Below are positions 38,917-48,692 of a stretch of DNA of 64,000 nucleotides, piece after piece. Within the stretch, counting starts at the first letter, position 1, and each line of letters starts with the position of its first letter. Location: the NCBI GenBank assembly GCA_051013385.1, contig CP143273.1:1056001-1120000 (forward strand), read 5' to 3'. Made by a program: the position numbers and the translations under genes. The DNA is from Phormidium sp. GTDB lineage: Bacteria; Cyanobacteriota; Cyanobacteriia; Cyanobacteriales; Aerosakkonemataceae. A model generated the notes under the pieces. That model was not told where the DNA came from. It worked only from the letters and a program-made list of their open reading frames with translations, and made no database searches.

Positions 38917-39542
38917 ATCACTCAGAAGTTATTCAGGTGTTAATTGCCGACGATCATCCTATTGTACGTCAGGGTTTGGCAGCATTACTCGATCGCGAAC
39001 CAGACATGAGTGTTGTCGCTCAAGCTGCGAATGGGTGCGAAGCAGTAGAAATGTTTCGTCAACATCAACCAAATGTAGCTTTGATAGATTTACGAATGCC
39101 CCAAATGAACGGTGTTGCTGCGATAACTGCCATTTGTACTGAATTTAAAAATGCTCAGGTTGTCGTGTTAACTACTTATGATGGAGATGAAGATATTTAT
39201 AATGGATTGCGGGCAGGAGCAAAGAGTTATTTGCTCAAAGATACTGAACCTGAGCAAATTTTAGCAGCCATTCGTAATGTTGCTAACGGTAAAAAATACA
39301 TTCCGCTGACAGTAGGAGCTAAATTAGCGCAGCGAATGGAAAATCCTCAATTGAGCGCTCGAGAATTGGAAGTACTTCGTCTGATTGCAGCTGCAAAGAG
39401 TAACCAAGAAATTAGTTCAACTTTAAATATTAGTGAAAGTACAGTCAAGTTTCACGTCAATAATATCTTATGCAAATTAGGTGTGAACGATCGAACCCAA
39501 GCTGCGATCGCTGCACTCAAACGAGGTATTGCTAATTTGTAG
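38913..39542 (+). CDS. NarL/FixJ family response regulator (REC + LuxR HTH)
   Basis: IADDHPIVRQG..IDLRMP..YLLK..LSARELEVL..SNQEI..TVKFHVNNILCKLGV.DRTQA. Confidence 0.96.
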   Translation: MNHSEVIQVLIADDHPIVRQGLAALLDREPDMSVVAQAANGCEAVEMFRQHQPNVALIDLRMPQMNGVAAITAICTEFKNAQVVVLTTYDGDEDIYNGLRAGAKSYLLKDTEPEQILAAIRNVANGKKYIPLTVGAKLAQRMENPQLSARELEVLRLIAAAKSNQEISSTLNISESTVKFHVNNILCKLGVNDRTQAAIAALKRGIANL

Positions 39543-39807
39543 GATTGCGATCGCAAAAGGCATTGAGTTGAGATAGGTGCAAAAAACTACAACATAAACC
39601 GTCAAATCCTTATATATTCTATCTTTCAGTCCTCTTGAGTGGTAGATTTATAGCTTGCTCAGGACTATTTCACTATGTGGCTCGTTGCTAAGTTGAGCAA
39701 TGGTTTCCTGTCCAGAAATCAGGTGGACTTCTGGAACTGGTGCGAGAATTGCAAAACTATTGGTTGTACTCATAAATTCATATTATTTGTCATATTTAAC
39801 TACTGGA

Positions 39808-39843
39808 GTTTAGACTATCGCACCGCAGGTGCGATGTCTAAAC
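39808..39843. repeat. Short palindromic hairpin element
   Basis: gtttagac-t-atcgcacc gca ggtgcgat-gtctaaac. Confidence 0.65.
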
Positions 39844-39865
39844 GGAGAGAAGGGAAAGAAAAATT

Positions 39866-40095
39866 GGCTCTCCCCTAAACTCTGTGATAAATCTAACTTA
39901 TCAACATCTCTTAATTTCCATACAGAAACTCTGGTAAACCCTCTTTAATGGAGGGTTTGCCAAAGGAATCAACAATAAAGCTAAACTAATGGGAGCGTCA
40001 AGGTTATGGTTTTACAAATTTTGAAAGCTTTCGTGCCCGCCTTTTAGGTAGCTTTTCTGATTAAAAATATTTATCACAGAGCTTAGAGGAGAGCC
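39866..40095 (+). mobile_element. 230-bp ISL3-derived miniature element (internally deleted)
   Basis: Terminal IRs GGCTCTCCCCTAAACTCTGTGATAAAT / ATTTATCACAGAGCTTAGAGGAGAGCC; degraded transposase C-terminus (GINNK..RQGYGFTNFESFRARLL). Confidence 0.85.
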
Positions 40096-40372
40096 GTCTT
40101 TATGGGGAAAATTGGCTAATCGCTTTTTACTCCTGCCAGTCATGGGTCGAGGAAATGCTTAATTATACGCCCAACAAAAAATCATTTTATCAACGAGGTG
40201 TGAGAGCTATAACCCTGATCCACCAACCTCTCTAGCTTCGTTGTCGCCCCCTGAAGCGATCGCCTCTAAATATATAGCAATTCTATTTGAGTTGTGAGCC
40301 AGCACAAGAGATTCCCGACTTCTCTTGTGAAGTCGAGGATCTCGCCTTCTGTAGGCGGTAATCGCAGGCGAC

Positions 40373-41665
40373 TTAGGCAGTGTGGAGCCGCTTTCGAGCG
40401 GGAGTCCCTGGTGCAGCGGGCTTTTTGCTGCGGGAAGGTGTGGATGGAGCCTGAGATTTTGCCCGGTTACTGCGACGTTGATTCGATTTCTGAGGCTTCG
40501 CTTGGTCTGCCTTAGATTTGACAATTGATGCTGGCTCGTACCCTGGAATTATAGATGAAACAAGGGTTTGATTGAGCAACCGTTCGATGTCCTTCAGGAG
40601 TGGATATTCATCTTCACAGACTAGCGAAACTGCTCGTCCAGCATTTCCAGCCCGACCTGTGCGACCAATGCGATGCACATAGTCTTCTGGGACATGGGGG
40701 AGTTCAAAGTTCACCACATGAGGAAGCTGGTCAATATCTAGACCCCGTGATGCTACATCAGTAGCGACTAATACCCGCACTTTCCCTTGCTTAAAGTCTT
40801 GCAGGGCACGGGTGCGGGCTGCCTGACTTTTGTTACCATGAATTGCGGCGCTTTTGAGCCCATCTTGAGCAAGCTGCTCGGCGAGACGGTTAGCACCATG
40901 TTTTGTGCGGGTGAAAACTAGCACCTGTTGCCAATTGTGGAACCCAATCATATAAGAAAGCAGTTCTCGCTTGCGCTGACTATCGACTGGATGAACCACC
41001 TGTTCCACCTGAGAAGCAGCGGTATTGCGCGGAGCTACTTCAATCTGAGTTGGAGATTTCAGCAGAGTATTGGCAAGCTGCTGAATCGGAAGAGAAAAAG
41101 TAGCAGAAAACATCAACGTTTGCCGAGATGAGGGCAATTGCGCCAAAACTTTGCGGATATCGTGGATGAAACCCATGTCTAACATTCGATCGCATTCATC
41201 CAACACCAGTATCTCTACGTTGGATAAATCTACGGTCTTTTGCCCCAGGTGGTCGAGCAACCGTCCAGGTGTAGCGACTAGAATATCAATCCCCCGACGC
41301 AGCATTTGAATTTGCGGTACAATTCCCACTCCGCCATAGACTACAGCCGATCGCAAAGACAGGTATTTACCATAAGTTTTGACGCTATCGTTAACTTGAT
41401 CTGCCAGTTCACGAGTCGGAGTGAGGATGAGGGCGCGAGGCGTGCGATGTTGTACCTTGTTAGGATTGGTGGTGCCCAAAAGTTGCAGTAGAGGTAGGGT
41501 AAAGCCAGCCGTCTTTCCCGTTCCAGTTTGGGCACTAGCAAAAACGTCTTGTCCTTGCAGGATGGCGGGAATTGCTTGCTGCTGAATCGGAGTTGGCGAA
41601 CTGTAGCCAGAGTCGGCAACAGCACGAAGCAGTACGGTGGAAAGACCGAGGTTACGAAATGTCAT
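40373..41665 (-). CDS. rhlE: DEAD-box RNA helicase, RhlE/CrhC-like (DECD variant)
   Basis: [44 protein letters not shown]; basic C-tail. Confidence 0.92.
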   Translation of the reverse strand: MTFRNLGLSTVLLRAVADSGYSSPTPIQQQAIPAILQGQDVFASAQTGTGKTAGFTLPLLQLLGTTNPNKVQHRTPRALILTPTRELADQVNDSVKTYGKYLSLRSAVVYGGVGIVPQIQMLRRGIDILVATPGRLLDHLGQKTVDLSNVEILVLDECDRMLDMGFIHDIRKVLAQLPSSRQTLMFSATFSLPIQQLANTLLKSPTQIEVAPRNTAASQVEQVVHPVDSQRKRELLSYMIGFHNWQQVLVFTRTKHGANRLAEQLAQDGLKSAAIHGNKSQAARTRALQDFKQGKVRVLVATDVASRGLDIDQLPHVVNFELPHVPEDYVHRIGRTGRAGNAGRAVSLVCEDEYPLLKDIERLLNQTLVSSIIPGYEPASIVKSKADQAKPQKSNQRRSNRAKSQAPSTPSRSKKPAAPGTPARKRLHTA

Positions 41666-41958
41666 GGATGTAGTTACTCCTAGTGGTGCCCCTATCCCAA
41701 ATCAAATACCTGGGGCCAGTCTAAGAGCAGGAATTTTATGTTTCAGTGGGATGGCTTGAATCAGCTTTTCTCCAATGCGCCAGTAACAGACCGGAATGTA
41801 GTGGCAGATATTTATCCTAACAGAGATTGTCCTTTTTAACTGGAGAAGATTGGCGATCGATCTTAGACTTCATTTATCTAAAAGGCAGAAATTTGAGCTA
41901 AAGCAGAGGCTGAGGCGGTTCCTATTCAAGAGATAGCTCTATGTTCTATAAAGAATCG

Positions 41959-43749
41959 CTATGTTTCTATATCTATTATGTTGTATAGCTTCTTCGCCCT
42001 TATAGCATTTAACTTGCTTTGCTGAGCTAGTTCTTTGATGGCTTGCTTTATGCTTAGAGAGCAGCTATCTTCCATTTTTAGTCCTTGCTTGACCATATAG
42101 TACTTCTCAGGATGTCTCTCCAAGAGCCAATTTTTATAGTCCTCTACAGTACGTCGATTTAAATAATCGACTTCTTCTTCAGACCAATCGCTATTTTTAA
42201 GAGGTTTGCTTAGCACCTGAGTAATACTCATTGTCTTCTCAATACTCTTGATCTTCTGTTCAAGTTCAGAAATTAAATCAGGAAACTCTTGAAATAGAGA
42301 TTTCAAATCATTTAATGAATTTAATGAACTGAGTGTATCTGAACTATCAATTTTAGACTTTAGCCAATTTATCTTATAACTAGATAAATCTAAATTAATA
42401 GCTTGTGCAATCTCTTCAAGCTCTACAAGTTCATGTAAGTCTAAAAAAATACAGTTCTCATTAAGAAAGTCCGTCAGGTTCTTACAAAGCTCTTTTTCAG
42501 AAAAATCGAAAGATTCGGAATAAGGACTATATGCTTCTTGTAGTTTTTCTCTAATTTTTTTCTGTTTCTCTCCATCATTAAGCTGTTTAGCTGCTTCACT
42601 AAACTTCTGATAGTTACATATTGATGTTTCAACTAGACGAATTATTTCATCACTTATTGAAGATTCAGAATACCCAAGACTTATAGCTGAAAGATAGAGA
42701 TTTTTGTCTTCATTGTTTTTGCTTGCTAGTATGGTTGAATAATCGCCTAACGATAATAGTTTATCCAAGTCAACAGGAAAAGTTCGGTCAAATTTCGCTA
42801 ATGATACGAAAATAATTTCTTTAAGTATCTTATGACGAACTGAAGGCAAAAAATCTTTAATATAAGGTCTAAGTTGGTTTAAAATCCACCTTAACTTTCT
42901 GAGAATACGAATATTATTTGTCTGAATATTTTCTCTCCTTAAACAATTAAGTATAAGCTTTTCATCAAGATCGTTCTCACCAAACCCTATATAAAAGTTT
43001 TCGTCTGCACTAGGATTTAATCTTATTTCAATATCAATAACCTTTTCTCGATACTCATTTAAATTATTTTTATCTACTTGTGCAATTTTTTCTTCATTAA
43101 AAATGATTACTACTTTACACTCATGTTCTTCAGCAAGATTTTCAATGAAACCTAGTAGCTCATTAAGTCTTAGACTTTTTGGCTTTCTTTCAATATCATC
43201 TATACAAATTAATTTACCTTTCAGCATACTATTAATAAGTATATTGCTTATTAGTGAAATAGCTGATGAGGTAACTACTCCTGCGGCTTTTCCTGCAACA
43301 GGAATACCCTCTATTACTTTTTCTATACTTACTGAGTTTTCTTTCGTATTTTTTACGCCTCCTCTCCAAGCAGTCTTAAGTCTGTCCAAAACACCATTTT
43401 TTTCTTCTTTGTTAACTGGTTGAAAATTACTCCATAATTGCATCTTTAGTTCATCAATAGATGAGATGCCAAAAACAGAACTATAATAATATTCTTTTTG
43501 TCTAGCCAAGAAAAAAGTTTTCACTAAGTGAGTTTTCCCAACTCCCCAGTCCCCCTTTAGGGCAAATACTCTAGCCTCATTTTCTGAATCTAGGAATGCC
43601 TCAAGTGCTTCTTCTGCTTTTCTACGCTCTAAACCAGCTTTGGATCTGCTCTTGGAGTCAGCCGTAATTTTTTGAACAATTTTGATGATAGGGACAATTA
43701 CCGATGTCGTGTTTTCTACAGAAACTTTTTCGGTAAAATAAGCTCTTGC
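41959..43749 (-). CDS. KAP-family-like P-loop NTPase; start uncertain (frame open upstream of the called GTG at 43524)
   Basis: Hand translation upstream gives VFALKGDWGVGKT (Walker A, 43531-43554) in frame; YSSVFGISSIDELK; ICIDDIER; YREKVID; NIRIL. Confidence 0.75.
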   Translation of the reverse strand, partial: ARAYFTEKVSVENTTSVIVPIIKIVQKITADSKSRSKAGLERRKAEEALEAFLDSENEARVFALKGDWGVGKTHLVKTFFLARQKEYYYSSVFGISSIDELKMQLWSNFQPVNKEEKNGVLDRLKTAWRGGVKNTKENSVSIEKVIEGIPVAGKAAGVVTSSAISLISNILINSMLKGKLICIDDIERKPKSLRLNELLGFIENLAEEHECKVVIIFNEEKIAQVDKNNLNEYREKVIDIEIRLNPSADENFYIGFGENDLDEKLILNCLRRENIQTNNIRILRKLRWILNQLRPYIKDFLPSVRHKILKEIIFVSLAKFDRTFPVDLDKLLSLGDYSTILASKNNEDKNLYLSAISLGYSESSISDEIIRLVETSICNYQKFSEAAKQLNDGEKQKKIREKLQEAYSPYSESFDFSEKELCKNLTDFLNENCIFLDLHELVELEEIAQAINLDLSSYKINWLKSKIDSSDTLSSLNSLNDLKSLFQEFPDLISELEQKIKSIEKTMSITQVLSKPLKNSDWSEEEVDYLNRRTVEDYKNWLLERHPEKYYMVKQGLKMEDSCSLSIKQAIKELAQQSKLNAIRAKKLYNIIDIET

Positions 43750-43885
43750 CTAGCCATTGCCCATTCTAAACCAGAGATTATGAAGATGCAGGTTATCGCT
43801 CTTCAACTAAAAAGCTTACTCCTAGCATCCACAAAAGGGAGTTAACCAAGTGCGATCGCACTTTCCTAACAACTTAAGGAAAATA

Positions 43886-44152
43886 CTATTTCGACTTTCG
43901 TTTCGACTTCGGAGGTGTTCGGTGTGCGCCGAAGTATTTTTCACTGCGGTAACGCAACCATATCCTCAACTGCTGCGGAATCTTGTCTTTTTGTTCTTTG
44001 GTGAGCGTGTTGTAAAGGGCTAATGCTTTCTCTCTTTCTCCGCGACAAGCTGCATTGTTGTGAGCATCCCAGTAGCTACGGGCTACCCGAATCCGCCGAC
44101 AAACTTCCTTAACAAGTGCTTCTCCCGTGAATGGTTCTTCCTGCTTTGCCAT
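43886..44152 (-). CDS. Small hypothetical protein
   Basis: Coherent 88-aa ORF (EVCRRIR.ARSYWDAHNNAACR..WLRYRSEKYFG); function not assignable. Confidence 0.7.
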   Translation of the reverse strand: MAKQEEPFTGEALVKEVCRRIRVARSYWDAHNNAACRGEREKALALYNTLTKEQKDKIPQQLRIWLRYRSEKYFGAHRTPPKSKRKSK

Positions 44153-44209
44153 ACTTCAATTTTTCTTACTGGTGAGGAAAGGAAACAAACGGACTATTAT
44201 GTACGATTA

Positions 44210-45952
44210 TCAAGTGGTTGATGGAAGTTCAAACAACTGGGGCTGTTCTTTGAGAATAGACACAGGTTGTTTAATCTGCCAGCTTTTGTCCTGAGACAGT
44301 TCTAGCAAAGATTGATGGTAAGAAATCAGTGTAGAGCGATGACCCACACTTAAAAAAGTAGTTCCTTTTTCCTGCAAATGCTGATATAACCGTTGCTCAT
44401 TACCAATATCTAAGGCGCTAGTTGCTTCGTCCAGAATAGCGTACTTGGGCTGGTTCAGCAGCAATCGAGCAAAGGTCAACCGTTGTTGTTCGCCCAAGGA
44501 GAGGACATCCGCCCAATCTTGTTCGGCATCAAAGCCACCAAACCTTTCATTTAAATCTGCTAAATTGACTTGTTCCAGAACTTGCTTTAAGTGTTCGTCC
44601 TTAACTTCGAGATGGGTGTTGGGATAGAGCAGTTGATCGCGCAAAGTACCTAGCACCATATAAGGACGCTGTGGTAAAAATAGGATCTGGTCAGATGTAG
44701 GACGAATAATCTTACCTGTACCAGAATTCCATAGTCCTGCGATCGCTCTTAGCAACGAACTCTTACCGCAACCACTCGCTCCCATCACCAAAAGTCCTTG
44801 TCCAGCAGGTATTTCAATAGACAAATCTTCTACCAACGTTCGCTGATAATTGGGAGTTTGCAAGCTCAATTTTTCGACTACCAGCCGCATATCCTCAACC
44901 GTCTCAATTCTGGGTTTTTGCTCGTCGGATGCTCGATCTACTTCTGTTTGTTCTAAAAACTGAGCAAAGGTATAAAGACGATTAATTCCAGCACCAAAAG
45001 TAGTCAATTGTTGGAAACGGGCAACGACAACATTTAGCGAGAAAAAGACGCGGATAAAAGCTCCTTGTGCTTCCGAAACTTTACCCACCTCCATCTCTCC
45101 TGCAAAAATCGCAGGTGCGACAACTAAAGCAGGCAGAATGAAGGGGATGAACTCATAAGCGTTCGTTACCATATTTAAGTTCAATTCCCAAACCAACAGC
45201 CGTTTTACATTCTCAAATACCTCTAAAAACCTATGCTTGACCTGATTCGACTCTTGCTCTTCTCCTCGGTAAAAAGCGATCGCTTCCGCATTCTCCCGAA
45301 TTCGCACTAAACTAAAACGAAGATTCGCTTCTTTCTTGAGTTGTTCAAAGTTGAGTCTGACAAGCGGCTTACCAAACACAAATGTTGTTACCAAAGTTCC
45401 AATCAGTGCATACAACACTAGAAAAAATACTAAGGGTTTAGAAATGCCCCAGAGTACGCTGCTAAAGGCAATCACCGACAGCACCGACTCCACCAACACC
45501 AGCAAAAAGGTAAGTGATTCCTGGGTAAAACTGCGAACATCCTCAGCAATCCGCTGATCCGGGTTATCAATCTCGGTTTCTGAGATATGCAGGTTGTAAT
45601 AAGCACGGTTGTGAAAGTAGTTATCTACGAATCGATGAGTGAGCCATTTGCGCCATTGTAAACTGAGGCGATCGCGCAGATATGTATAACCCGCAAGTAA
45701 TGGTGCATAGATTACCAGCACAGCAATGAAAACGATTACGGTTTGCCAAAAACGGCTTTCGTCCTGGGCGGAAAGGGCTGAAATTAGCACCCCTCTCTTG
45801 TTGTTGAGTACTACGCTCAACCCCGTATACGCCAGCAGGAACAGCACGACCCCCAAGAGTAAACCTCTAGCTCGCCATTTCTCATCCCCTGACCAATAGG
45901 ACTTGGCGATCGTCCAAAATTGCTGGAGTACATTAAAGTTCAATCGATCCAT
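44210..45952 (-). CDS. ABC transporter permease/ATPase fusion (YddA/ABCD-like)
   Basis: DNPDQRI, ENAEAIAFY, GASGCGKS, LPQRPY, LSLGEQQR, LDEATSALD, SVGHR. Confidence 0.93.
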   Translation of the reverse strand: MDRLNFNVLQQFWTIAKSYWSGDEKWRARGLLLGVVLFLLAYTGLSVVLNNKRGVLISALSAQDESRFWQTVIVFIAVLVIYAPLLAGYTYLRDRLSLQWRKWLTHRFVDNYFHNRAYYNLHISETEIDNPDQRIAEDVRSFTQESLTFLLVLVESVLSVIAFSSVLWGISKPLVFFLVLYALIGTLVTTFVFGKPLVRLNFEQLKKEANLRFSLVRIRENAEAIAFYRGEEQESNQVKHRFLEVFENVKRLLVWELNLNMVTNAYEFIPFILPALVVAPAIFAGEMEVGKVSEAQGAFIRVFFSLNVVVARFQQLTTFGAGINRLYTFAQFLEQTEVDRASDEQKPRIETVEDMRLVVEKLSLQTPNYQRTLVEDLSIEIPAGQGLLVMGASGCGKSSLLRAIAGLWNSGTGKIIRPTSDQILFLPQRPYMVLGTLRDQLLYPNTHLEVKDEHLKQVLEQVNLADLNERFGGFDAEQDWADVLSLGEQQRLTFARLLLNQPKYAILDEATSALDIGNEQRLYQHLQEKGTTFLSVGHRSTLISYHQSLLELSQDKSWQIKQPVSILKEQPQLFELPSTT

Positions 45953-46066
45953 CGGCTTGTTTTCCTCAAAACTCGGTCTGCTAGGAGATAATTGATAAAG
46001 GTAAACCCAGGTAAAATTTGCTCAAATACTTACTAATGTGACTCATTTCTGGGCAATTGTTAAATT

Positions 46067-46483
46067 ATGCTACAAATTTCTAAGACTGTGACTATTCCAG
46101 AGCATGAGATTGAAATGAGTGCAGTGCGCTCTCAAGGAGCAGGAGGGCAGAATGTCAATAAGGTAGCAACTGCCATTCACCTGCGCTTCGACATTATCGC
46201 TTCCTCGTTACCTGAGTCTTACAAAGAACGACTGTTGAAGCTTTCCGATGGGCGGATTACCAAAGATGGGGTGATTGTCATTAAGGCACAAGAACACCGC
46301 ACTCAGGAGCAGAATCGGGAAGAGGCGTTGCAAAGATTGCAAGAATTGATTAAAAGTGCGATCGCTCTCCCCAAACCCCGAAAAAAGAGCAAACCAACTC
46401 GGAGTTCTCAAAGAAAACGTCTGGATAGCAAAACGAAACGAAGTCAGCTTAAGACAATGCGAGGAAAAGTTACGGATGAATAA
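46067..46483 (+). CDS. arfB: Alternative ribosome rescue peptidyl-tRNA hydrolase ArfB
   Basis: [16 protein letters not shown] motif, RTQEQN, basic C-tail [14 protein letters not shown]. Confidence 0.95.
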   Translation: MLQISKTVTIPEHEIEMSAVRSQGAGGQNVNKVATAIHLRFDIIASSLPESYKERLLKLSDGRITKDGVIVIKAQEHRTQEQNREEALQRLQELIKSAIALPKPRKKSKPTRSSQRKRLDSKTKRSQLKTMRGKVTDE

Positions 46484-46798
46484 CTGGTATAAAGAAGACC
46501 TCGCTTATATCCACGATGTTGGCTTTAGGAGTTACGTTCTGCAAGCAACGCCAGGAATTCTGGCAATTCTGAACCAGCATGGTATTCAGGACGGACTAAT
46601 TGTAGATTTAGGCTGTGGCAGCGGTCTAGCAGCAGAAGAACTGGTCAAAGTAGGCTACCAAGTTTTAGGGGTTGATATTTCCGCTGCCATGATTGAGATT
46701 GCCCGTGAGCGAGTTCCAATGGCTCAATTTCAGGTTGATTCCTTGTTCCAGGTGGAAATTCCTAATTGTCATGCAGTGATTGCGATCGGTGAATGTTT
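46476..46798 (+). pseudogene. Class I SAM methyltransferase, 3'-truncated by the ISL3 remnant
   Basis: [42 protein letters not shown], then runs into the IS terminal repeat; no continuation was seen after the IS. Confidence 0.8.
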
Positions 46799-47381
46799 GG
46801 TTCTTCCGTACTTACTGTGCTAAATTATTAGGTAAGTGCCAAGAGATCTAGTCGTAAAAATGATTCATGAAGAATTAAATCAAGCCAGAATTGCTCAAAA
46901 GAGAACCGCAGAAGAATTAAATGTTAAAGCCAGAGCTAAGTTATTTGGCAGCTTAAAAGGCAGCAAATACATATTACTAAAAGGTGAAAATAAATTATCT
47001 CCCAAGCAAAAAGAAAAATTAGAGCAAGGTTATTGCGAGCTTCACCTTTAGTTGAAATAATGCACTCATTAAAGGAAGAATTACATCAAATATTTGAAGA
47101 AAGTGAGAATTTGGGAGAAGGAACATTAAAGTTAATGGACTGGTTAGCCATAGCGCCAAATTATTATCGAAAAAGCGTGCCTACAATGAAACGGTGGTTC
47201 GCCGAGATAGTCGGATATTTTGAGAATCGCACAACTAACGGAATAGTGGAAGGCATTAATAATAAATTGAAATTACTCAAACGTTGTGGATTTGGTTTTA
47301 GGAATTTCCGCAATTTTGAATTAAGAGCTTTATTATTCTGGCACTTCCCTAATAATTTAGCACAGTAAGTACGGAAGAACC
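46799..47381 (+). mobile_element. ISL3-family remnant (583 bp; frameshifted transposase C-terminus only)
   Basis: 43-bp IRs with one mismatch (GGTTCTTCCGTACTTACTGTGCTAAATTATTAGG...); ORFs 46836-47051 and 47033-47368 with TTNGIVEGINNKLKLLKRCGFGFRNFRNF. Confidence 0.9.
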
Positions 47382-47397
47382 AATTTTTCGCTCTCCT

Positions 47398-48567
47398 CTA
47401 TTGCAAATCAGTCCAAATTCCTTGACAGCGTTCCATAATTAACCCCTGAAAAATTGATTGAGTTGATGGGTGAATAGCTATTTTATACAAAGATAAAATA
47501 CCAGTAGAACTTTTAAGGTTTAACTCTCTTCGAGTAAGACATAATGCTTGTACTCGATGGAGTTCCACAGCTTGAATTAAACCTGGGTAACTCAAATTAC
47601 GTAAAGCTAATTGACCATTTTTTGTGATATATATGGCATCGTTTTGAAAAAGATATTCTAAACTCAGAAGGCTAGCATATACATCTACGTCTTTTTCTAG
47701 ACCTCCTAGACGGTGAGCATCTAAGCCAAAGCGAATACAGAAGTTTACAGCTACTAATTTTCCGGCTTCTTCAGCAGGTAAAATGCAAGCAGCAAACTCA
47801 AATCCTAAGCTATCTGAGCGCCATTCTTCTATTCCTGAATTAGTATAATTTCGGAAAATTTTCTGCTTTAACTTAAAGTTAAATCCCAAACCACTTGCGT
47901 GACCTGCTTCGTGAACTTGTGTATCTATATGACGATAGCGATCGCCATTGATTTCGTCTTCCAAAGGAGCCAATAGTAAATTAGCTGTCTCCTGTTCAAA
48001 TATTTTGTGGAGGCAAATGCGACTCGAACCTAAAAAACGTCGTCGTTGCTCTTTGGCATTGTTTAATGCTGGCCCTAAAACACTGTTAGGAAAAGTCCAT
48101 CTATTCGGCACAATGAAAGCTTCACCGCTTTCACCTCTGACATTACCACAACTAGCAATCTCTGTAAAAGAAAGGTTTATCGGAATTGATTGATTTAGTG
48201 TACCAAACTTTTCCCGAATCAGATTTTCTAATTGCTCGATCGTTGGCTCAGAGTTTTGGTGTATCTTTCCGTAAATTGCACTTAAAGTTAGGTTGGGTTG
48301 GCACTGTCGATTTATTTGGTAAGGTGCGATAATCAAGAAATAGCCATTTTTTCCAATAAAATCCCTATTAATAAAGCCTTCAGATAAAATACTCCAGTCG
48401 TTATTTTCTAAAGCATCTGCTGTTTTAAGTAGCCAAGCTGTCGGAAGTTCACCGAAATCTACCGCTTGTTGGCGTAGTTTTTTGACAGCAATGGTAATTT
48501 CATTATGTTCAATATCTTGAACTATTTGTTTAATCATTTCTTGTTCATCTACAAATGTTAAAGTCAT
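47398..48567 (-). CDS. Putative zincin-like metallopeptidase (HExxH...E)
   Basis: QVHEAGHASG followed about 20 aa later by IEEWRSD; co-oriented downstream of the NRPS ABC exporter. Confidence 0.55.
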   Translation of the reverse strand: MTLTFVDEQEMIKQIVQDIEHNEITIAVKKLRQQAVDFGELPTAWLLKTADALENNDWSILSEGFINRDFIGKNGYFLIIAPYQINRQCQPNLTLSAIYGKIHQNSEPTIEQLENLIREKFGTLNQSIPINLSFTEIASCGNVRGESGEAFIVPNRWTFPNSVLGPALNNAKEQRRRFLGSSRICLHKIFEQETANLLLAPLEDEINGDRYRHIDTQVHEAGHASGLGFNFKLKQKIFRNYTNSGIEEWRSDSLGFEFAACILPAEEAGKLVAVNFCIRFGLDAHRLGGLEKDVDVYASLLSLEYLFQNDAIYITKNGQLALRNLSYPGLIQAVELHRVQALCLTRRELNLKSSTGILSLYKIAIHPSTQSIFQGLIMERCQGIWTDLQ

Positions 48568-48692
48568 TGTTTCAACTCCTATTATTAAGCTTTAGTAGAA
48601 AATTTAATTAATTTAGCTCTGGTTATTGTGAAGAATTTCATTGATAGATTAAAGGAGTAGAATTTTTACCGAAAAGCATAAATTAGTAATCG

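Noticed and set aside
39648..39773. 41-aa minus-strand ORF MSTTNSFAILAPVPEVHLISG...
   Set aside because: May be a truncated gene start next to the ISL3 relic, but too short to support without a search.
46356..46475. N-terminal 40 codons of the 155-aa ORF
   Set aside because: Overlaps arfB out of frame; the methyltransferase more plausibly starts at ATG 46476.
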